39,818 bases of DNA from a virus (taxonomy: Duplodnaviria > Heunggongvirae > Uroviricota > Caudoviricetes): IMG/VR virus record IMGVR_UViG_2734482548_000013. The stretch is one strand, 5' to 3'. Under the pieces are notes generated by a model. The model worked only from the letters and a program-made list of their open reading frames with translations. It searched no databases and had not been told where the DNA came from. Positions 39,246 through 39,818 of this stretch are shown here, piece by piece. The position numbers were made by a program, and so were the translations under genes. The number at the start of each line of letters is the position of its first letter. Position 1 is the first letter of the stretch.

Positions 39246-39818
39246 ATGACACAGACAGAATCAGCGATTCTGGCGCACGCCCGGCGATGTGCGCCAGCGG
39301 AGTCGTGCGGCTTCGTGGTGAGAACACCGGAGGGGGAAAGATATTTTCCCTGCGTGAATATTTCCGGTGAGCCGGAGGAGTATTTCCGGATGGCTCCGGA
39401 GGACTGGCTGCAGGCAGAGATGCAGGGTGAGATTGTGGCGCTGGTCCACAGCCACCCCGGTGGTCTGCCCTGGCTGAGTGAGGCCGACCGGCGGCTGCAG
39501 GTGCAGAGTGATTTGTCGTGGTGGCTGGTCTGCCGCGGGGCGATTCACAAGTTCCGCTGTGTGCCGCATCTCACCGGGCGGCGCTTTGAGCACGGGGTGA
39601 CGGACTGTTACACGCTGTTCCGGGACGCTTACCATCTGGCGGGAATTGAGATGCCAGATTTTCATCGTGAGGACGACTGGTGGCGTAATGGTCAGAATCT
39701 CTATCTGGATAATCTGGAGGCTACAGGGCTGTATCAGGTGCCGTTGTCAACGGCGCAGCCGGGCGATGTGCTGCTGTGCTGTTTTGGTTCATCGGTGCCG
39801 AATCATGCCGCCATTTAC
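39246..39818 (+). CDS. Tail assembly protein K (lambda gpK-like), 3' end beyond the window
   Basis: Hand translation MTQTESAILAHARRCAPAESCGF...VHSHPGG... (JAMM-like HSHP motif) with no stop before the window end. Confidence 0.85.
   Translation, partial: MTQTESAILAHARRCAPAESCGFVVRTPEGERYFPCVNISGEPEEYFRMAPEDWLQAEMQGEIVALVHSHPGGLPWLSEADRRLQVQSDLSWWLVCRGAIHKFRCVPHLTGRRFEHGVTDCYTLFRDAYHLAGIEMPDFHREDDWWRNGQNLYLDNLEATGLYQVPLSTAQPGDVLLCCFGSSVPNHAAIY

Noticed and set aside
38518-39665. Two long minus-strand ORFs (269 and 134 aa) opposite the L and K tail genes
   Set aside because: Antisense to clearly recognisable lambda gpL/gpK homologs in GC-rich coding DNA; no RBS; shadow ORFs.
1-39818. CRISPR arrays, tRNA or rRNA genes
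   Set aside because: No regularly spaced direct repeats, no tRNA-like T-loop/cloverleaf candidates and no rRNA-like sequence were recognised by eye; a tRNAscan/CRISPR-finder run would be needed for certainty.

Overview
The window is most of a mosaic lambdoid prophage of the Rac type, in an enterobacterial (E. coli-like) background, running from the integrase into the tail genes. All family names and K-12 comparisons below are from memory of those proteins, not from a database search. Minus-strand early-left arm: tyrosine integrase, excisionase-like gene, ydaC, lar/ralR, recT, recE, racC, ydaE, kilR, ydaF, ydaG, with sieB on the plus strand. The racR repressor is flanked by repeated ATGTACT motifs. 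Plus-strand rightward arm: ydaS, ydaT, ydaU, DnaC-like ydaV, an intact ydaW-like gene, then an accessory region, nin-like genes, a Q-like gene with terminator, a lipoprotein moron, a phage-21-type lysis cassette, trkG, a ParB-like gene, terminase, head genes and lambda-like tail genes (tape measure, M, L, partial K). A 274-nt run of N (34292..34565) interrupts the tail chaperone region. The strongest candidates for undescribed biology are: (1) a low-GC two-gene operon (11957..13936) of unknown function sitting between the replication and nin modules; (2) two tandem lipoproteins whose C-termini closely resemble TolA domain III (18182..19156); (3) six palindromic TGCGCA-type hexamers inside the small terminase gene, a candidate pac site; (4) a ParB-like protein paired with a DxD-motif glycosyltransferase-like protein just upstream of the terminase. 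No CRISPR array, rRNA or tRNA was recognised, and no att site lies within the window.
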